This document shows, piece by piece, positions 9,982-20,263 of a DNA stretch of 64,000 bases. The DNA is from Gemmatimonadota bacterium (GTDB taxonomy: Bacteria; Gemmatimonadota; Gemmatimonadetes; Gemmatimonadales; GWC2-71-9). The notes under the pieces were generated by a model that was not told the origin of the DNA, ran no database searches, and saw nothing but the letters and a program-made list of their open reading frames with translations. Each line of letters begins with the position of its first letter. Position 1 is the stretch's first letter. The position numbers were made by a program, and so were the translations under genes. The DNA lies in assembly GCA_039586365.1 (NCBI GenBank), contig JBDHKN010000006.1, forward strand, positions 137,402 to 201,401, given 5' to 3'.

Positions 9982-10704
9982 CTATAGCGATTGGACACCC
10001 ATGGTCACGACATCGTCCACACGTACCGTCTCGTGAGTCATGAATGGTTCGCCAAAGGCAGTCCTGATGAGGCTGCCGTAGTGGGCGTTCTGAGTTCTAA
10101 TGAGGTCGTACAAAGCCTGACCAGTGGGGAAGATCTCCCCGGCAGCGTTCGCACCGTCGAACTGCGAGGAGTAACAGCGAATTGCCGCTAGCTTGGTCTC
10201 AAACTCACCAGATATGTCGACGACGAAGCTCGGCTTCACGGGATCTTCCCGGTAAGACAGGGCGTACAGGACCTTCTCTACGCCGTGAGCCGTACCCCCG
10301 GCCGGGTAGTTGGCGAGTTTGGCCAGGAAACAGGCGTCACGACCGAGTTCTGACGCTGTTCTGTGATCCGGATGGCGACCCGCCGGGAATGGCAGAATCA
10401 CCACTCGAGGGCGGAACTGCCGGATCAACTCAACAACCGTCCTGCGGGTTTCATCGGTGTTGTGCAAGCGGGCATCCGGTAGGCCGGCGTTGATCCGGCG
10501 GGTCACACCCATCACTTGAGCTGCGTCGGCGGCCTCCGTAGCGCGCGTGTCGACAGAACCCCGGGTTCCCGTTTCGCCGCGCGTCAAATCGATGATCCCT
10601 GTGCGACGTCTGGCACGCTGCGCCTTGATGAGCGTTCCACCACACGTCAGCTCCACGTCGTCCGGGTGCGCTGCGATTGCGAGTATATCTACGGTGTCGG
10701 TCAT
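9982..10704 (-). CDS. bshB1: Bacillithiol biosynthesis deacetylase BshB1 (PIG-L family)
   Basis: AHPDDVELTCGG, DLTRGETGTRG, RHPDH, VVDIS, YSSQF. Confidence 0.87.
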   Translation of the reverse strand: MTDTVDILAIAAHPDDVELTCGGTLIKAQRARRRTGIIDLTRGETGTRGSVDTRATEAADAAQVMGVTRRINAGLPDARLHNTDETRRTVVELIRQFRPRVVILPFPAGRHPDHRTASELGRDACFLAKLANYPAGGTAHGVEKVLYALSYREDPVKPSFVVDISGEFETKLAAIRCYSSQFDGANAAGEIFPTGQALYDLIRTQNAHYGSLIRTAFGEPFMTHETVRVDDVVTMGVQSL

Positions 10705-10805
10705 CTGTTCACCCTTGCGTCCTGCTGGTCTGCTCCGCGGTCAATTGGCCGTTGCTTGCTTCCACTGCTGCGCGGCTGAGCCGAGTGAAGTTGCGTTGTA
10801 GCACG

Positions 10806-12053
10806 CTATTCGTATCTCAGCGCTTCGATCGGATCCAGTCTAGCAGCTCGGTATGCCGGCAGCAGCCCGAAAGTCAACCCGATGCCAACCGACACACAAC
10901 ATGCGACTGCCGCGCTCCAGATGGGCACGCCGGACGCGAGACCCAGCAAAGATTTCAGGCCCTGTCCAGCAGCGATTCCCACCGCGATCCCGATCAACCC
11001 TCCCAGGCACGTCAAGGTTGCGGCTTCCACCAAGAATTGCCATAGAATCTCACGCCTGGTGGCTCCCACAGCTTTGCGGAGACCAATTTCTCTCGTGCGA
11101 TCGGTTACTGAGACCATCATGATGGCCATGACCCCGATGCCGCCAACCATGAGGGCTACGCTGGAAATGACGATCATGACTAGAAAGAAACCTCCAGCCA
11201 AGTTGTTGAATACGCTGAGGATCTGGTCCGAGGTGATCATGTCGAAAGTGTTCGGCTGCCCCGGTCTCAACCCGCGCATGCGCCTCAGTTGCAGCGTCGT
11301 GGCGTCCATCGCTTGTGACACTGTCACACCCTCCCTCGGTTTGATGAGAAACAACAGAGCGTTGGTCTCGTCAATCCGGAAGTAGCGTCTGGCGGCTTCG
11401 TACGGGACGATTGCGGCGAGTTCTGTGCCTGGCGGCTGGAATATGTTCTCAGGTAGCCGGTAGAGGCCAACCACGCGAAGCGGTTTGCCCCCCACACGAA
11501 CCACCTTTCCGATCGGATGCATCTGTCCGAATATCCGTTCCGCCGCCTCGACCTCGATGACAGCCACGGGCGTACCGGAGCGCACTTCCGTCAGCGTGAA
11601 GCTACGTCCGTCGACGATCTCTCCCCCCAAGATCTCCATGAATCGATCGTCGGCACCATACACACTCGTGAGTTGAGTTCGTACCCCTTCGTACTCAAGA
11701 CGCTCGAGCACCTGAGTCCAGATGGCGGAATAGTGTATCTCGTTTAGGCGCTGGATAGCCTCCGCCTCTTCGCGGCGTAGCACCGGTCGAATGCGCACTT
11801 CCTTGGGCAGCGCATCGGGGTTTACTGGAGTTTGCGAAAAGAATCGAAACACACGAAACGTGGTGGGTCCGACAACCTCGAGCGTGCTGAAGATCTGATC
11901 GCGTATTCCGCTGACGATTGACGCCATCGCCATTACGGTGGCAACGCCGATGACCACACCCAGGATCGTGAGTGCGGAGCGCAGTTTGTGGGTGCGCACT
12001 GCATCTGCCGCGATGCTGGCGCCTTCCGTCAGGCTGCTCAGTCTCAGGTGCAC
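10806..12053 (-). CDS. MacB/FtsX-like ABC permease (type B, copy 2)
   Basis: KLRSALTILGVVIGV, VGGIGVMAIM, RTREIGLRKAVGA, RLDPIEALRYE; GTG start at 12053 just after the upstream stop. Confidence 0.92.
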   Translation of the reverse strand: MHLRLSSLTEGASIAADAVRTHKLRSALTILGVVIGVATVMAMASIVSGIRDQIFSTLEVVGPTTFRVFRFFSQTPVNPDALPKEVRIRPVLRREEAEAIQRLNEIHYSAIWTQVLERLEYEGVRTQLTSVYGADDRFMEILGGEIVDGRSFTLTEVRSGTPVAVIEVEAAERIFGQMHPIGKVVRVGGKPLRVVGLYRLPENIFQPPGTELAAIVPYEAARRYFRIDETNALLFLIKPREGVTVSQAMDATTLQLRRMRGLRPGQPNTFDMITSDQILSVFNNLAGGFFLVMIVISSVALMVGGIGVMAIMMVSVTDRTREIGLRKAVGATRREILWQFLVEAATLTCLGGLIGIAVGIAAGQGLKSLLGLASGVPIWSAAVACCVSVGIGLTFGLLPAYRAARLDPIEALRYE

Positions 12054-12054
12054 T

Positions 12055-13299
12055 TCACTCAAACCGTAATGCCTCGATTGGATCGAGTCGCGAGGCTCGC
12101 ACGGCTGGGTACACACCGAATATGAGTCCCACGCTCGTCCCGAGCACCAGGGCGACACCCACTGACCAGAGCGTCACCCGGGCTGGCAGTGGGGTGGCGA
12201 GCACGACGATTTGGGCCAGCAGCCACCCTGCTACCGCGCCCAGGAGGCCACCGAGCGTCGCCAGCGCCACCGATTCTGCCAGAAACTGTCGCGCTATGTC
12301 GCCACGCCTGGCCCCCAGCGACTTGCGAATCCCGATCTCACGGGTACGCTCCCTCACTGTCATGAGCATGATGTTCATGATGACGATACCACCGACTATG
12401 ATGCCAATCGCAACCACGGCAGGGACTACGGTGAACAGGACGCTGGTGAGGCTTTCCCAGAATGCTACTAGTCCCTCGGCTGTGTCGACGGTGAAGTCGT
12501 TGGATTCGCTGGGACGCAGCCCATGGGCGATCCGCATGGCCTCCTCAGCCCGGGCCATACCGTCGGCAACGAGAGAGGCCTCGGCCATCTTGACGGAAAT
12601 GACGGAGGTCTGGCGCCGGCCGTATACCATCTCGAACAGGCGAATGGGAAGTAGCACGAAGCCGTCCCACGACTGACCCAGTACGGTCCCCTTCTTTGCC
12701 ATCACTCCTTTGACGGTGACCCGCAGTCTTCCCACGCGGATCGTCTTCCCCACCGCCTGGTCGAGACTGTCGAACAATTTGGATCCTACCTCGTAACCCA
12801 ACACCGCCACATATCTTCGCTCGTGCACGTCGACCTCACTGAGCGCCTCACCTGCGGCAATCTCGTAGTCCTGCACGACTTGGAACGGCGCTGTTACTCC
12901 AAACACCGACACATCGCCCACGGTTCGGTTACGGTAGGTGACATCGTTGAAGGGGGTGGGCCAGCCGGACTGCAATGCGATCGCCTCAGCGTCGGGCAGA
13001 GCTCGCTCTACAAAAGACAAATCTTCCGGAGCGATGATCGGGCGACGCTGCAGCTCGCGCCATTCCTCATCATCAATCAAGCCAGCCGAGATAGGGATTC
13101 GTCGAATCTGAAAGGCATTCCTGCCGACGATCGCACCTGCGATGTTCTCTCGTACATAGGCATTCATACCCTGTATGATGGCAACTACTGCGACGAGGAA
13201 CGTGACCGAGACGATGATGCCGAGCAGAGTGAAGAACGACCGCAGCTTGTGGGTCGCGATTGATTGCAGGGCGACGCGCAGGGCCTCCAGGATCGGCAT
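12055..13299 (-). CDS. MacB/FtsX-like ABC permease (type A, copy 2)
   Basis: KLRSFFTLLGIIV, VGGIVIMNIML, ERTREIGIRKSLGA, RLDPIEALRFE. Confidence 0.92.
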   Translation of the reverse strand: MPILEALRVALQSIATHKLRSFFTLLGIIVSVTFLVAVVAIIQGMNAYVRENIAGAIVGRNAFQIRRIPISAGLIDDEEWRELQRRPIIAPEDLSFVERALPDAEAIALQSGWPTPFNDVTYRNRTVGDVSVFGVTAPFQVVQDYEIAAGEALSEVDVHERRYVAVLGYEVGSKLFDSLDQAVGKTIRVGRLRVTVKGVMAKKGTVLGQSWDGFVLLPIRLFEMVYGRRQTSVISVKMAEASLVADGMARAEEAMRIAHGLRPSESNDFTVDTAEGLVAFWESLTSVLFTVVPAVVAIGIIVGGIVIMNIMLMTVRERTREIGIRKSLGARRGDIARQFLAESVALATLGGLLGAVAGWLLAQIVVLATPLPARVTLWSVGVALVLGTSVGLIFGVYPAVRASRLDPIEALRFE

Positions 13300-13385
13300 T
13301 CAATCAATCTAGACAGGGCAGCGAGACCTGGGGCTCGTCTCTGTCCCTTCCTCTCCACCGAGGAGCGTGCTGGGGCAAGCTGCCC

Positions 13386-14606
13386 TTACTCGTACCGGAG
13401 TGCCTCCACTGGATCCAGTCGTGCCGCGCGGGCCGCCGGGAATATCCCGAACACGATTCCGGTGAATACGGACGCTGTCAGCGCGACTACAATCGACCAA
13501 AGCGGTATCTTGGCCGGGATCGGTGTGGCGTGGGAGACTATGAAGCTAATCACACCTCCCAAGACAAGGCCGATAGCCCCGCCAATCAGCGTGAGAGTGG
13601 CTGCTTCGACCAAGAACTGCCAGAGGACCTCGCGACGCTTCGCACCAATGGCCTTACGCACACCGATTTCTCGGGTTCGCTCCGTAACCGAGATCATCAT
13701 GATTGCCACCACGCCGACGCCACCGACCATCAAACCGACGCTCGAGAGCACGAACATCACCAGGAAGAAGATTCCGGTGACTTGGTTCCAGTTCTCCAAG
13801 GCCTGGTCTTGTGTGACGATTCCGAAATTGTTGTCGTCGCCCGGTCGCAAGCGACGGAACGATCGCATCGCGGCGATCACGTCCTCCGTAGCCTCATGGA
13901 CTGGGACGTTGTCCGCGGGTGAGACGAAGAAGACGAGGTCGGCCCGATACTGGCGAATGTACTTGACGAAGGCGCCCTGCGGGACGACTACCAAGGGACG
14001 ATTCCCCTGGTTGAAGATGTCTGGTGGTGGCTGGTAGATACCGATGACGCGAAATGGCACGCCCCTGACCTTGATCCTTTGGCCGATCGGATCGCGCAAT
14101 CCAAACAGTTCGTCTGACAGTTTCTGATTGATCACCACGATTCTGCTGCCGGCCTCAGCCTCCAAGTTCGTGTAGGATCTGCCCGGGTAGACATCTCCCC
14201 CCATGACACGGGCCCAGCCGGCGCTGCGTCCTCTTATATCCACCGAGCTGAGTTTCTGGCTGCCAAACTCCACCTCACCGCCCGAGTACTCCTCCACCAC
14301 CAAGGTGGCTATCGTTGGCAACTCCCTGAGGCGCTCGGCTTCGTCCAGTGTCAGCGGTGGCGCTCTGTAATAGTCGCTGTCGTCGAAGACAACACCGGTC
14401 TGGGGTGAACGCTGCACAAAAAAGGTGCGCGGTCCCAGTTGGTTGAAGATGTCCTCGACACCGGCGTTGATGCCTGTGATGATCGATCCTATGAGCACAA
14501 CCACCATTACACCGATTGCGATGCCGAGAATCGTCAGGGCTGCACGGGCCTTGCTGGCTCGCAGCGAGCCGATGGCAATGCCGACACCCTCGAAAAGCTG
14601 AGTCAT
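13386..14606 (-). CDS. MacB/FtsX-like ABC permease (type B, copy 1)
   Basis: RAALTILGIAIGV, VGGVGVVAIM, ERTREIGVRKAIGA, RLDPVEALRYE. Confidence 0.92.
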   Translation of the reverse strand: MTQLFEGVGIAIGSLRASKARAALTILGIAIGVMVVVLIGSIITGINAGVEDIFNQLGPRTFFVQRSPQTGVVFDDSDYYRAPPLTLDEAERLRELPTIATLVVEEYSGGEVEFGSQKLSSVDIRGRSAGWARVMGGDVYPGRSYTNLEAEAGSRIVVINQKLSDELFGLRDPIGQRIKVRGVPFRVIGIYQPPPDIFNQGNRPLVVVPQGAFVKYIRQYRADLVFFVSPADNVPVHEATEDVIAAMRSFRRLRPGDDNNFGIVTQDQALENWNQVTGIFFLVMFVLSSVGLMVGGVGVVAIMMISVTERTREIGVRKAIGAKRREVLWQFLVEAATLTLIGGAIGLVLGGVISFIVSHATPIPAKIPLWSIVVALTASVFTGIVFGIFPAARAARLDPVEALRYE

Positions 14607-14608
14607 GG

Positions 14609-15847
14609 CTACTCCTGTCGCATTGCCTCGACCGGGTCGAGTCGTGCGGCGCGACTCGCCGGGTACAGGCCGGCCGCAATCCCCACCCCCGCTCCGAGCA
14701 GGACGCCAACGACTATCGACCAGGGCGCTACGCTGGCAGGCAGTGGTGTCGTCATGTCGACGATCGCGGCAACCGCGAGGCCGAATCCGATACCGATTGC
14801 CGCACCGAGCGTTGCCAGCAGTGCCGACTCCACAAGGAACTGTCGCAGGATATCCCGGCGCCGCGCCCCCAGGGACTTCCGGATGCCAATCTCTCGGGTG
14901 CGCTCGGCTACCGACATCAGCATGATATTCATGATCACTATCCCTCCCACAACCAGAGATATGCTCACTAACCCTGGCAGGACAGCGAACATGATTCGGT
15001 TTATCTGACCCCAGAAATCCAGCACTCCGGCGGCCGACTCGAGGGCAAAGCTGTTGTCCTGCGCCGGTCTGAGATGCCGACGACTCCGCATGACTGCCTC
15101 AACGTCGGCCATCGCGGTTTGCATGTCTTCCGGTGACTGTGCCTTGACCAGGAGGACATCCACAACCCGGGGGGGATTCGCGAAGCGTTTGACGGGCGAC
15201 AGAGCTGGAGCCACGGCGAACTCGTCGAGTGAGAAGCCGAAGATATTGCCCTGACTCTCTACCACCCCGATTACGCGGTAGGGGAGTCCTCTAATCGTTA
15301 TCTCGCGTCCCAGTGGATCCAGGTTCTCGAATAGACCTTCCGCGACTTCGCTGCCGATGACCACAACCGGCTGTCCATTGCGCACTTCTTGGCTGCTGAA
15401 AGCCCTACCGAACTCTATGGTCCAGTTCCTGACTTCGAAGTAGTCCTCAGTGGCGCCGATTACGCGGATCCGCGCGGATTTGTCGCGATAGGCAACCTCA
15501 GCACTCGTGTTTGACTCCCACGCGGTGCTAGCCGGCACCGTAATGGCTGCTGCGGCTGCCCGAGCATCGTCGTATGTGATGCGTGGGCGCCTGCGCCACT
15601 CCCGCCAGGTATCCGGCGAAATGTTGCCGGCGTTGAAATCGGGATAGCGACGGAGCTGAAACGTGTTGGCCCCCAGGAAATTGCCCGCCACCTGATCGGT
15701 CATATAGCGATTCATTCCCTGGACAATCGTGACCACCGCGATCAAGAACATGACACCGATGAACACTCCGATCACGGCGAAGATACTCTTCATCTTGTTC
15801 GCCCAGATCACTTGCAGAGCGAGCCGAAAGGCCTCTCGGAGTGGCAT
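14609..15847 (-). CDS. MacB/FtsX-like ABC permease (type A, copy 1)
   Basis: KMKSIFAVIGVFIGV, VGGIVIMNIML, ERTREIGIRKSLGA, RLDPVEAMRQE. Confidence 0.92.
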   Translation of the reverse strand: MPLREAFRLALQVIWANKMKSIFAVIGVFIGVMFLIAVVTIVQGMNRYMTDQVAGNFLGANTFQLRRYPDFNAGNISPDTWREWRRRPRITYDDARAAAAAITVPASTAWESNTSAEVAYRDKSARIRVIGATEDYFEVRNWTIEFGRAFSSQEVRNGQPVVVIGSEVAEGLFENLDPLGREITIRGLPYRVIGVVESQGNIFGFSLDEFAVAPALSPVKRFANPPRVVDVLLVKAQSPEDMQTAMADVEAVMRSRRHLRPAQDNSFALESAAGVLDFWGQINRIMFAVLPGLVSISLVVGGIVIMNIMLMSVAERTREIGIRKSLGARRRDILRQFLVESALLATLGAAIGIGFGLAVAAIVDMTTPLPASVAPWSIVVGVLLGAGVGIAAGLYPASRAARLDPVEAMRQE

Positions 15848-15850
15848 TTG

Positions 15851-16549
15851 CTACGCCGCTTCCCGCATTGTGTCACTGTGGATCGCGCCATCGAGCAGCG
15901 TGATGACTCGGTGGGCCCGCGCGGCAATGTCACGCTCGTGTGTGACCATCACGATCGTCTGTCCCTGGCGGTGAAGCTCGTCGAAGACTGACATAATCTC
16001 ACCGCTGGTGGCCGAGTCGAGGTTCCCGGTGGGCTCATCAGCCAGGAGAATGCTGGGCTGGTTCACCAGCCCGCGAGCGATGGCTACCCGTTGCCGCTGC
16101 CCGCCCGACAGCTCGCTGGGTTTGTGACCCATGCGGTCTGCCAGCCCCACCCGCTGCAGTGCCGTGACGGCACGCTCACGGCGGATACTCGCCCGCACTC
16201 CGGCGTAGATGAGAGGTAGCTCCACATTGTGCAGTGCACTGGCTCGGGGCAGGAGGTTGAACGTCTGAAACACGAATCCTATCTCACGATTGCGGACACG
16301 AGCCAGCTCATCGTCATCCATCTGTGACACTTCTACTCCATTGAGCCAGTACTCTCCCGCTGTGGGAGTGTCAAGACACCCGATCAGATTCATCAGCGTA
16401 GATTTTCCTGAACCGGAGGGCCCCATGATCGCTACGTATTCGTTGGGGCGTATCTCTGTGCTCACGCCTCTCAGTGCCTGCACTATCTCCGCGTCCATGC
16501 GGTACTCACGCTCGAGCTGCCGGACTCGGATCAGGGCCGCTCCGCTCAT
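15851..16549 (-). CDS. ABC transporter ATP-binding protein (MacB/LolD type)
   Basis: [33 protein letters not shown]. Confidence 0.96.
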   Translation of the reverse strand: MSGAALIRVRQLEREYRMDAEIVQALRGVSTEIRPNEYVAIMGPSGSGKSTLMNLIGCLDTPTAGEYWLNGVEVSQMDDDELARVRNREIGFVFQTFNLLPRASALHNVELPLIYAGVRASIRRERAVTALQRVGLADRMGHKPSELSGGQRQRVAIARGLVNQPSILLADEPTGNLDSATSGEIMSVFDELHRQGQTIVMVTHERDIAARAHRVITLLDGAIHSDTMREAA

Positions 16550-17790
16550 GACCCTGTCTCTCCACTGCCGGGCTCCCCCATCGCACGCACCCGCGTGCTG
16601 TCCCGGAGATCCCTGATTGTCTGGTACGGGCCCGCTACGATCGTATCTCCTGCCGCAAGCCCCTCGAGTACCTCGAAATGCTCCTCGCCGGCTATCCCTG
16701 CCTTCACGGGGCGGAACTGGGCTATGCCATCAACCACCACGAACACTCCTTCAGTCTCCTTGGTCGTGGTGTCCTGCGGAGCAGTCTCAGTCGAGATTGG
16801 TGTGTGCTCGCGGACGGTTAGGGCGATGATCGGGATGCTCAGAGCACTGTCACGAGTCGCGGTGACGATCTTGGCGGTCGCCGAGAGATCGGGCCGGATG
16901 TCGGCGGGCGGATTGTCGATTGTCACCTCGACGTCGTAGTCAACCGCTTGATCTCCGGTTGCTCCGGCTGCGGCAAGGCGGACCGAGCTCCGGGAAATCA
17001 TGGTGACTCGCCCCGTGAACACGGTGTCAGGATAGGCGTCGATCTCGACATCGGTCGAGTCCTGCAGGTGGAGTCTGACGACGTCGGTCTCATCAACTCT
17101 CACGTTCACCTGGATGACGGAGAGATCGCTCACGGTCATGAGGAGACCGGTCTCGCGCGAGAAGGTGCCAGGCACCGCAACTTCGCCTTCCTCAACTGCG
17201 AGTCGCGTGACCTGCCCGTCCATGGGCGACCTGAGGATCGTCTTGGCGAGTTGTTCCTCGGCCTCTTGGAGGGCTGCCCGAGCCTGAGCGACTTGATGTT
17301 CGCCAGAATTGGCAATTGCCTCCGCAACGTCGAAGTTGGTTCGGGCCTGCTCCAGCTGCTCGTCCGAGACGAGCGTCGAGTCAGTGTTTCTGAGCCGTTC
17401 GGAACGTTCGAACGTGCGCCTCGCCTGATCGCGGTTGGCGCCCGCTTGCAGCGCCGAGGCCTGAGCGGAGGCCAGGCTAGCCTGGGCCCGGGCCACAGCA
17501 GCCTCGTATTGCGACGGGTCGATACGAACCAGCAGATCACCTCGCTCGACCCAATCGCCCTCCTCAACCGGGAGTTCGATGATGCGGCCTGTGATATCCG
17601 CACTGATATCAACCTGGCGGGTGGGCTGGATCTGCCCGCTTGCCGTTACGGTTGCCACCAGCGACCGGTGTTCCACCGCTTCGAGCCGAACTGACGTAGC
17701 GCTTTCACCCCGCGACGCGTTCAATGCGATGAGCACGATGAGGGCCAGTGCCCCACCACCAGCAATCATCAATTTCTTTCTTCCTGACAT
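16546..17790 (-). CDS. Efflux periplasmic adaptor (MacA/HlyD-like)
   Basis: N-terminal anchor, lipoyl halves ([20 protein letters not shown]), coiled-coil hairpin, VDETDV. Confidence 0.93.
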   Translation of the reverse strand: MSGRKKLMIAGGGALALIVLIALNASRGESATSVRLEAVEHRSLVATVTASGQIQPTRQVDISADITGRIIELPVEEGDWVERGDLLVRIDPSQYEAAVARAQASLASAQASALQAGANRDQARRTFERSERLRNTDSTLVSDEQLEQARTNFDVAEAIANSGEHQVAQARAALQEAEEQLAKTILRSPMDGQVTRLAVEEGEVAVPGTFSRETGLLMTVSDLSVIQVNVRVDETDVVRLHLQDSTDVEIDAYPDTVFTGRVTMISRSSVRLAAAGATGDQAVDYDVEVTIDNPPADIRPDLSATAKIVTATRDSALSIPIIALTVREHTPISTETAPQDTTTKETEGVFVVVDGIAQFRPVKAGIAGEEHFEVLEGLAAGDTIVAGPYQTIRDLRDSTRVRAMGEPGSGETGS

Positions 17791-17807
17791 TATGCGTATC
17801 TCTTCCC

Positions 17808-19331
17808 CTAACGCAGCGGTCTACCGACTGCCGCTTCGAGCATAGCGATGGACTGGTGATAGGCGTAGACCGCGTTTATGTAGTCCCGTTCGGCGGTCTC
17901 CGCAGCCAGTTGCGCGTCTAGCAGTTCGAAGAAGGTCCCGGATCCGACCCGGTACCGTTCGGTCGCCAGCGTGAGTCCTTCGCTGGCGGCAACTCGATTC
18001 TGTTCTTGGATGCCAATTCCCTCGTAGGATGCGAGCAGGCCATAGTAGGCCTGGCTCACCGCTGTGCGCACGTCCAATTCCCTGGCACGGACGGCTTCCC
18101 GCGCGTCGGCTTCCTGGGCACTGGCCTGAGAATTCCTCATAGGGCGGCTGAATTGGGTAAAGATGGGGAACGAGATCCCCATCGAGGCGCTGAAGGGCTG
18201 TCTGGTGAAGCCCCAGGGGAAGCCAGTGTTTTGACCCTCGATGGCCTGGCGCAGCGACGCCTCGTCAGCGGGCCCGAATTCAAACAGCGAACAGTCCAGA
18301 GGGTTCACCGTGGGTGTGGCCAACCCGGCGATGATGTCGTTCTGGAACTCACACGCCAGAATGTTGGTGGCGGCGTTCTCCTCCGCCCCCAGAATCGAAT
18401 TCTGGATGATCGGCTCGGGGTCGGTGAACTGCTGCGTGTATCCCGACCACCCGGCGGAGAACGACAGTGAGGGTAGCCACTCGGACTTGACGGCGCGCTC
18501 GTTGGCCTTGGCGGAGGAGTGCCGGGCACGGAGTGCCATGAGATCCGGATTGAAGTCCAGGGCGTCACCCAGAAGACCGGACAACTCCCACTGCGGCTCT
18601 GCAATCGGGAAGGTGTCCGACAGCGTCAGGGCGGTGGGATCATCGGGGGCCGGCACACCCATCTGCTGGAACAGCCGGAGCTTTTCGACTACTACGGCCT
18701 GCCTGTACTGGAGCCGTGAGATCTCAGCTTGACCGAGGGCCACTTCAGCCTGACGGACGTCGAGGATGGTGTTCTGACCCACCTCGTAGCGGGCCCGAGC
18801 CAGGCGCAGGAACTCCTCGTTGCGAGTCACCTGGACCTCGGCCAACTCTACCTGAGCCTCAGACTGAAGAACTGCCAAATACTGCTGCCTTATCTGCGAC
18901 TCGAGGTTGATCTCTGCACCGGTGAAGCTCGCGTCCGCTGCTCTCAGCTGGGCTCGAGCCAGACCTGGCTGCAGCAATGTTCGGCCGCTTACGGATAGCG
19001 ACAAACGCAGGTTGTAGGTGGAGCCCACGGTGGACGACCGTTGCTGAAAGGAGGTCGTCAAGAAGTTCTGAGTCCCGGGACCCGAGTAGCCAATCCCCCC
19101 GGACAGGTTGAGCGTGGGTAGGAAGGATGCGTAGGCATTGCGAACCCCCCACGCGGCCGGCGCCCGGTCGTTGTCGAATTGGCGCAGAGCCGGGTTGTAG
19201 CGACTCGCCATGTCGATAGCGTCCCGCAGCGACAGACTCTGCGGCACTGGTGGCGGAGTCACCTGACTCCACAGTGCACTTGGAGCGCACAGCACCGCTG
19301 CAACGAGCAGGATCAATGCAGAGCGTTTCAT
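17808..19331 (-). CDS. TolC-family outer membrane efflux protein
   Basis: Signal peptide, two OEP repeats (ARARYEVG...DVRQAE; ATERYRVG...ELLDAQ), heads the adaptor/ABC genes. Confidence 0.9.
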   Translation of the reverse strand: MKRSALILLVAAVLCAPSALWSQVTPPPVPQSLSLRDAIDMASRYNPALRQFDNDRAPAAWGVRNAYASFLPTLNLSGGIGYSGPGTQNFLTTSFQQRSSTVGSTYNLRLSLSVSGRTLLQPGLARAQLRAADASFTGAEINLESQIRQQYLAVLQSEAQVELAEVQVTRNEEFLRLARARYEVGQNTILDVRQAEVALGQAEISRLQYRQAVVVEKLRLFQQMGVPAPDDPTALTLSDTFPIAEPQWELSGLLGDALDFNPDLMALRARHSSAKANERAVKSEWLPSLSFSAGWSGYTQQFTDPEPIIQNSILGAEENAATNILACEFQNDIIAGLATPTVNPLDCSLFEFGPADEASLRQAIEGQNTGFPWGFTRQPFSASMGISFPIFTQFSRPMRNSQASAQEADAREAVRARELDVRTAVSQAYYGLLASYEGIGIQEQNRVAASEGLTLATERYRVGSGTFFELLDAQLAAETAERDYINAVYAYHQSIAMLEAAVGRPLR

Positions 19332-19384
19332 GCCTTCACCTTCTGTTGTTAACTATGCGAAGTTGATATCCGTCCAACCTGACC

Positions 19385-19411
19385 TACGGCACACCCTGGT
19401 GCGGGGTTTCA
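19385..19411 (-). promoter_or_regulatory. Candidate ECF (SigW-like) promoter of the TolC-MacAB operon
   Basis: Minus strand reads TGAAAC-N17-CGTA, ending about 54 nt upstream of the tolC ATG. Confidence 0.5.
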
Positions 19412-19570
19412 ACCCGAGACATCAGCGGTAAGCAGCTGACAGGCGCAAGCGCCAACGATAGCTACACTGGTTCATCTTCGCTAACGGTCAGTACAAAGAA
19501 CTTTAATATGCAAAGTTACTTCCAGCGTAGGGTGTTACGGTACTTCTTGCTGGACATCGAACCCTCGTGC

Positions 19571-20263
19571 TCACTCTTTTGGTTGCCGAACTGCGCCCAA
19601 AACGGTGGAGGGAAAGTCGAACATAATCAGGCGACCCTGCTCGTCGTACCAAAGGTGGCGTACCTCACCGCCCGCGCTCAGGGTAACATGTCTCAGGGAA
19701 CGTTCTATTCCCCGCACGTCGGTCAGCTCGACGCCATGGTCGTCCAGCGTGGCGACGCTGCGCTCCCCGGCGCGGGCGTCGATTAGCGTGACCGTACCGT
19801 CGGACCCGCCAGGCAGGAATGCGAATGTGGCGATCAAGAACTCATCGAGGACGATGGTGCGGTCTGTAGCCGGGAACTGTCGGGCGGATTCCCCATGTGG
19901 TGTGACTGTACGGATGGTCACGCGGCGGGGACTGAACGAGACGAGTGTGCTCGGCCGGTCCTCACTGTCTAAATCCAGGCGGGCGGCCGCTAGCACTGTG
20001 TCAAGCGCAAACTCGAGGGTCGAAGCCAATATCGCGGCTGACCGGTCAGCCGGGTAATAGGAGCTGGCCGTCAGTGTGAAGCCGCGTCCACCCGACTGGC
20101 GGCCTCGTCGCAGGACGAACTCCTCCCGGCCCACCACTTCCGAACCACGAGTGATGACGAATGTCGCCCGGTCCAGCACAGCCCCTTGAACCACCGCCGG
20201 ACCAACTGCGGATGGTATCAGCGCTGCGACGGCAGCGAGAACGAGGGAGGTCAGGTATTTCAT
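19571..20263 (-). CDS. Hypothetical secreted beta-rich protein
   Basis: Signal peptide MKYLTSLVLAAVAAL; overlaps the upstream stop by 4 nt; C-terminal LWYDEQGRLI. Confidence 0.65.
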   Translation of the reverse strand: MKYLTSLVLAAVAALIPSAVGPAVVQGAVLDRATFVITRGSEVVGREEFVLRRGRQSGGRGFTLTASSYYPADRSAAILASTLEFALDTVLAAARLDLDSEDRPSTLVSFSPRRVTIRTVTPHGESARQFPATDRTIVLDEFLIATFAFLPGGSDGTVTLIDARAGERSVATLDDHGVELTDVRGIERSLRHVTLSAGGEVRHLWYDEQGRLIMFDFPSTVLGAVRQPKE

